A stretch of DNA of 64,000 nt from Candidatus Dormiibacterota bacterium (GTDB lineage Bacteria; Chloroflexota; Dormibacteria; Aeolococcales; Aeolococcaceae): assembly GCA_963718525.1 (NCBI GenBank), contig OY970355.1, positions 576,001-640,000 of the forward strand, given 5' to 3'. Made by a program: the position numbers and the translations under genes. Positions 59,710 through 64,000 of this stretch are shown here, piece by piece (position 1 is the stretch's first letter; every line of letters starts with the position of its first letter). The notes below the pieces were generated by a model. It made no database searches and was not told the DNA's origin. It was given only the letters and a program-made list of their open reading frames with translations.

Positions 59710-59851
59710 CTTCCCAATGCTGAGACGCTGATTCCCCGCGATCGACAGGGTGGTTGATCGCAACTTCGGCATCGTGCTCAAGGTCGTCGAGTGGCAGCAC
59801 GACATCGCGACTTCGGCTCTCGGTCACCTGGGATCCGCCGCGTCAAACTGA
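59710..59851 (+). pseudogene. Frameshifted 3' relic of the 53543-53824 phasin-like gene, inverted
   Basis: LPNAETLIP(+1 C)AIDRVVDRNFGIVLKVVEWQHDIATSALGHLGSAASN* versus LPNSEELIPAIDTVVDRNFAVVTKFVEWQYEFGIATLKQLGSVASN*. Confidence 0.85.
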
Positions 59852-60003
59852 TCCCGGCGGCTGGTCGTGAGGAACGGCGGGAGATCGGATCGTCGTCGGG
59901 TCGGTTGAGGCTGTATAGACCGCCGTTTCGAGTCGCCGCGTATTCGGCACGCCAACGAACGTAACCGTGGTGACGTGTTCGCGTTGAATGGGTCACTACA
60001 GCC

Positions 60004-60711
60004 ATGAAACTCACAACCGTCATCGGTACTGCGATCGCCGCCTTGAGCGTCGCAGCTTGTGGGTCAACAGTCCCGCTGACTACGCGGCCAGCTACGGCGA
60101 CGGCGGCGCCGACCGCCACGCCGACCGCGCCACCTACGGTGGCACCTACTCCAACGCCTACACCGTCCACGCCGGGCGTGTACGTTACCGTGACGTGCTC
60201 GAACGTACCGGTGATGTGGGCTATTAACCCCTTTCCAGCCGGGAGCATATTGGGCGTCGCCACCTGGCACAACCTGACGGTTGGAGACTACTTTGGAATT
60301 GGGCTCAACATGAACCCTGTTACGTCGAACACGATGTCGGTAGGGGTTGAGGGCATTGGGGATGCGAACAACGCCTTCCAGCAAGGCACCTGGGGCTGGA
60401 TGGAATTGACCGGCCCCGACGAGACGGTTACGGTCGCGCAGGGCAACCTCACAATTCCGGCGTGCGCACCTGATGTGCGCGTAACCGCGTGCGATCACGC
60501 GGGCACAGCAAGCGGCGGCGCAATCGCATGGTCAGACCTCGCTTACTCGACGCTGACAGTCACCGGCCCAGCACCGTCCACCTATCATTTCACGCTCCCT
60601 GCTAGCGCAGGCCGATACGGTCCGCTGACCGCAGGCACCTATAGCTACAGGTTCAACGCGTACGAAGAATCATTAAGCGGTGCAGTCACCATCCCAGCCT
60701 GTCCGAGCTGA
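60004..60711 (+). CDS. Lipoprotein with Pro/Thr linker
   Basis: Lipobox VAAC, PTATPT linker, beta-rich domain with Cys residues. Confidence 0.75.
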   Translation: MKLTTVIGTAIAALSVAACGSTVPLTTRPATATAAPTATPTAPPTVAPTPTPTPSTPGVYVTVTCSNVPVMWAINPFPAGSILGVATWHNLTVGDYFGIGLNMNPVTSNTMSVGVEGIGDANNAFQQGTWGWMELTGPDETVTVAQGNLTIPACAPDVRVTACDHAGTASGGAIAWSDLAYSTLTVTGPAPSTYHFTLPASAGRYGPLTAGTYSYRFNAYEESLSGAVTIPACPS

Positions 60712-60812
60712 CGATAAGCACCGAGCCCGTCGCGGCCCTGTACATGCGGAGCATGTAGGCACCGCACAATACCTCGGTGCCGCGACAGAGGCATGACGAA
60801 TGCCGCTGAACG

Positions 60813-61952
60813 TCAGTAGATGAAGCCCTCGACGTCGGTGAGCGATGAGATCAATCGCTGGTCGACGATCCCCAGGCCGTCGACGTTGGCCTCGTCGACG
60901 ATGAAGTTGGTCGGGTTCAGCACCAACTCCACGTAGGCGACGTGCCCGAGCGGGCTGTAGCCGTTGCCGGGACCGAAGACGACGATCGCGCCCACCCTGG
61001 GGATGATGCCCTCATGCTTTCCTCGGGCCGCCGCCGCGATGAGCCACTCCCAGGCGTCACCGCCCCAGGTGACGTCGCGCAGGGATGCGACGTACCACGT
61101 GCACTGGCCCCACGGGAAGTCATCGACGCGTGGGCCGTAGGCGAAAGGTGGCAGCGCTCCATCGATCGAGCCGGCTCCGCCTCCCGACGCTCCCAATGTC
61201 GCTGCCTGCACCCCCTCCGCCGTCGCGAGCTGCGTGAGGACGTCCTCCAGACGGTGCATCAGGGTCGCTGCCGAGCCGGTGAGCCGCGATGCCTGCTGCT
61301 GGTAGCGCGCCTGATCCTGCAGCGACTGCGCCTGGAGGGTCTGCACCGCGGCGGCCTGAGCGGCGATCTGCTGCTCCTTATACTGCTGCTGCGACTGCAG
61401 TTCCGTAAGTTTGTCCGTGTTGGCGCGCACATCGAGCACCAGCGTGTTCATGTTGTCGGTCACCTGCTGGTAACTCACCATCGTGTCGAGTGCGTCCAAG
61501 AGTGTCTTGCTCTGCAGCAGCGTGGTGAGTGCGGTGCCGTTGGTAGTGAGCATGTACCTCGCGACGATCAGCGCGCCCAGGCGGGTGCGGTCCGATTGCA
61601 GCCTTGCCTCCGCCGCCTGCGCGAGCCCGGTTGTTTTCGCGAGCTGCGAGTTGGCCGCGGCCAGCTCCACCTGCTCGGTGTCCAGCTGTGTTTGCGCGGC
61701 GGCAGCCTGCTGCCCAGCCTGCACGGTCTGCGCCTCGAGCGGCGCGGCCTGCATCTGCAGCGCCATGATCTGCTGCTCCAGTGCTTGCGCCTTCGACTGC
61801 AACTGCACGACTTCAGGACTTGGCGGAGCGGTCGGGCTCGGACTCGGGCTGCCGCCGGGAGTCGGTGTGGCATCGGCCCGTGCCGAGATGCCGGATAGCG
61901 CGGCCATGACGCAAAGGCACAAGAGGGCCGCGGTCGGCCGGACGGGAATCAA
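60813..61952 (-). CDS. Secreted coiled-coil + CHAP peptidoglycan hydrolase (PcsB/CwlO-like)
   Basis: Gln/Ala coiled coil; FPWGQCTWYV, GDAWEW, PRVGAIVVF, GHVAYVE. Confidence 0.9.
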   Translation of the reverse strand: MIPVRPTAALLCLCVMAALSGISARADATPTPGGSPSPSPTAPPSPEVVQLQSKAQALEQQIMALQMQAAPLEAQTVQAGQQAAAAQTQLDTEQVELAAANSQLAKTTGLAQAAEARLQSDRTRLGALIVARYMLTTNGTALTTLLQSKTLLDALDTMVSYQQVTDNMNTLVLDVRANTDKLTELQSQQQYKEQQIAAQAAAVQTLQAQSLQDQARYQQQASRLTGSAATLMHRLEDVLTQLATAEGVQAATLGASGGGAGSIDGALPPFAYGPRVDDFPWGQCTWYVASLRDVTWGGDAWEWLIAAAARGKHEGIIPRVGAIVVFGPGNGYSPLGHVAYVELVLNPTNFIVDEANVDGLGIVDQRLISSLTDVEGFIY

Positions 61953-62283
61953 TGGGCAGGCGTGGCGTTCATGAGCGGCAGTGCAGCCAGTGCAACACGA
62001 TCGCCACGAGCAATTGGCCTACCGCAGTGTCACAACCCGGTTACGTAGGGGCCGAGCCCGTCTTGCGACCGCACAAGCAAGGCTGGTCGGCGAGATCTGG
62101 ATGGTTGCGCAGAAGGAGGTCTGCAAGGGCTCCAGTCACACGCTGTCAGCTCAACGCAGCGAATGCAGAGGCCTGGGGAAGGCCACAGAGCTTCTCGTGA
62201 ACGCGCGTCTGCCTGAGGCCCATCGCGGTGCCACCACGTGCGGTGGCGCCGCGAGGCCCCTTAGTCGCTTCGTGGACACAGAT

Positions 62284-62930
62284 CTATATCGCGATTCTCC
62301 AGACTCCCCGCCCGTGTGTCGCCGCATAGATGTATCCGTCCGGCCCAACTGTCACGTCGTCGACCACCACACGGGGCAGACCCGTTCCCAGCCGCGACCA
62401 CGAGGTGCCGATCCCCTTGCCCTCGTTCGCGACGAACATGCCCATGTCGGTAGCGAGCGCCAGCTTGTGGTGGACCAACACCAGCGCGTCGCCGCCGATG
62501 TCAGGCAGGTTTCCGGAGATGTTCGTCCGCGACGCGCCTCCGTTGGTTGTTTCGAACACGTGACCGACACCGCCACCCGGGATGAAGCGACGTGAGTAGC
62601 CGTTGAAGATGGCATAGGCATGAGCCGGGTTCGACGGGTCGACGGTGACCCCGGCGATGTAGCGATTCGGCAGACCGGTCATGTTGACCTCGTGCCATGT
62701 GCCACCGTAGCTGGTGGCTATGCCTGAGGCGAAGCCGGGACCCGGGTTGCCCCCGGCAGCCACCCAGGCCGCGTAGATGATGCTGCCGCCACTGGCCGAG
62801 GACAGCGCCGTGACTGCGTTGCCGGCACCCGTGTCATACACGTTCTGCCAGCTGCACGAGACGTTGGTGCAGGAGGTGCTCCACCCTGCCGTGCTCACCC
62901 AGACGTAGCGACCGCCGATCAGCTGGATCG
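62284..62930 (-). pseudogene. 3' fragment of a BNR/VPS10-type beta-propeller glycosyl hydrolase-like gene
   Basis: GHVFETTNGGAS, NISGNLPD, ATDMG, LGTGLP, YAATHGRGVW; no start or signal peptide, about 200 aa only. Confidence 0.7.
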
Positions 62931-63227
62931 AGGTGACCCCGAAGGTAGCGTCGCGCGGAGCCTGCGCCCTCAGATGAGCTGACGTGGACGTATCCGTTCT
63001 GCAGTCCGTCGCCGATGTCGCTGCCTGTGACTGCAGTCGTATCGGCTAATCCGATGGTGCCAAGGCTGCTGATCGACTGATCTAAAGGTCACCCAGGGTT
63101 GGGGCAGCGGGTGGGCAGCGGGCCGGGACTGAGCCCTTGGCGGGCGGGTATATCAAGGAGCGCGCTGACCCTCGCAACATCGAAGCGCTTTCTCTGAGGG
63201 TGTGTCCCGAACATCCAGTCCACCAGC

Positions 63228-64000
63228 TCATTGACTCGAGGGTGGCTCCTCCAAGGCCAGCAGTGCCTCGAACGCCGCCGGCTCGAGTGGCCGACTGAAG
63301 AGGTAGCCCTGGGCGAGGTCGCAGTTGCGTTGCCGGAGGTAGGCCGCCTGCGCCGCGGTCTCCACTCCTTCGGCGACCACCTTGAGGCCGAGCACGCGGG
63401 CCATGTCGAGGATGCTCTCGGCCAAGGTTGAGCCCGGGTCTGCCGCGGCCAACTCATCGACGAACGTCTTGTCGACCTTGAGCGTGTCGAAGGGCAGCGC
63501 ACGGAGGCGCGCGAGCGCCGAGTAGCCGGTGCCAAAGTCATCGATGGCCAGCTTGAGGCCCAGTGCTTTGAGCGCCTGTAGGGTCGTCAGCGCGTCGTCG
63601 GACTCGGCGATGGCCACGCCCTCGGTGAGCTCGAGCTCCAGGTTGGCGGCGGGAAAGCCGGTGTCGAGAAGTGTCTGCGCGACCGAGTTGACGATGTCGA
63701 GGCTCTGGAGATTGCTCCCGGAAAGGTTCACCGCCATGCGCATGGCGGGAAAGCCCGCCGCGCGCCACGCCTGGCCCTGCTCGCAGGCACGGCGCAGCAC
63801 CAGGGCGTCGATGTGGGTCGCCAGGTTGAGCTCCTCCGCGACGGCGATGAAGACCACCGGGCTGATCGGTCCGCGGCTCGGATGGTGCCAGCGCGCCAGC
63901 GCTTCCGCTCCGACGATCGCGTCCGTCTGCATATCAACAACCGGCTGGTAATTGACGGTGATGTTGCTGGCGGCGATCGCATCGCGAAGGTCCTCACCGA
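63228..64000 (-). CDS. EAL-domain c-di-GMP phosphodiesterase, 5' end outside window
   Basis: YQPVVD, AEALARW, ELTEG, IDDFGTGYS, VAEGVET, AQGYLFSRP. Confidence 0.92.
   Translation of the reverse strand, partial: GEDLRDAIAASNITVNYQPVVDMQTDAIVGAEALARWHHPSRGPISPVVFIAVAEELNLATHIDALVLRRACEQGQAWRAAGFPAMRMAVNLSGSNLQSLDIVNSVAQTLLDTGFPAANLELELTEGVAIAESDDALTTLQALKALGLKLAIDDFGTGYSALARLRALPFDTLKVDKTFVDELAAADPGSTLAESILDMARVLGLKVVAEGVETAAQAAYLRQRNCDLAQGYLFSRPLEPAAFEALLALEEPPSSQ

Noticed and set aside
61953-62280. c-di-AMP or c-di-GMP riboswitch before the CHAP hydrolase
   Set aside because: The context is suggestive, but the conserved core strings of these riboswitches were not found; only generic GC hairpins.
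1-64000. CRISPR array, tRNA, rRNA
   Set aside because: No regularly spaced identical repeats or recognisable cloverleaf/rRNA seen by eye; the repeats found are protein-coding or operators.

Overview
High-GC bacterial window; the gene content resembles soil Actinomycetota / Ca. Dormibacterota-type organisms (inference only). Left to right: partial gdh; a cupin-MFS-(hydrolase/glycosyltransferase fusion)-methyltransferase cassette divergent from a STAND-LuxR regulator; three paralogous secreted PQQ-like beta-propellers; several other secreted repeat proteins; two more STAND regulators plus a STAND/cyclase relic; a tandem ArsR-SRPBCC locus; a GAF kinase/NarL-type pair; Crp and PAS-GGDEF-EAL genes; small orphans preceded by DosR/DevR-like boxes; acs; serine-recombinase and IS3 debris; tryptophanase; a TetR-oxidoreductase pair; and a PHA storage cluster (adk, phaA, phasin-like gene, ACT protein, FabK/NMO-like flavoprotein, phaB, phaC, XRE regulator, second phasin-like gene). 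The most notable signal is in the PHA cluster. No phaR is recognisable there; instead an Rv0474/MLDSR-like XRE regulator with a Lys/Ala/Pro tail is present, and a GCTTGG-N4-CYWAGC palindrome occurs three times, over its own promoter and over the near-identical sigma70 promoters of both orphan phasin-like genes. No rRNA, tRNA or CRISPR array was seen. Many gene fragments indicate an eroding accessory region. All calls are by-eye recognition; no searches were run.
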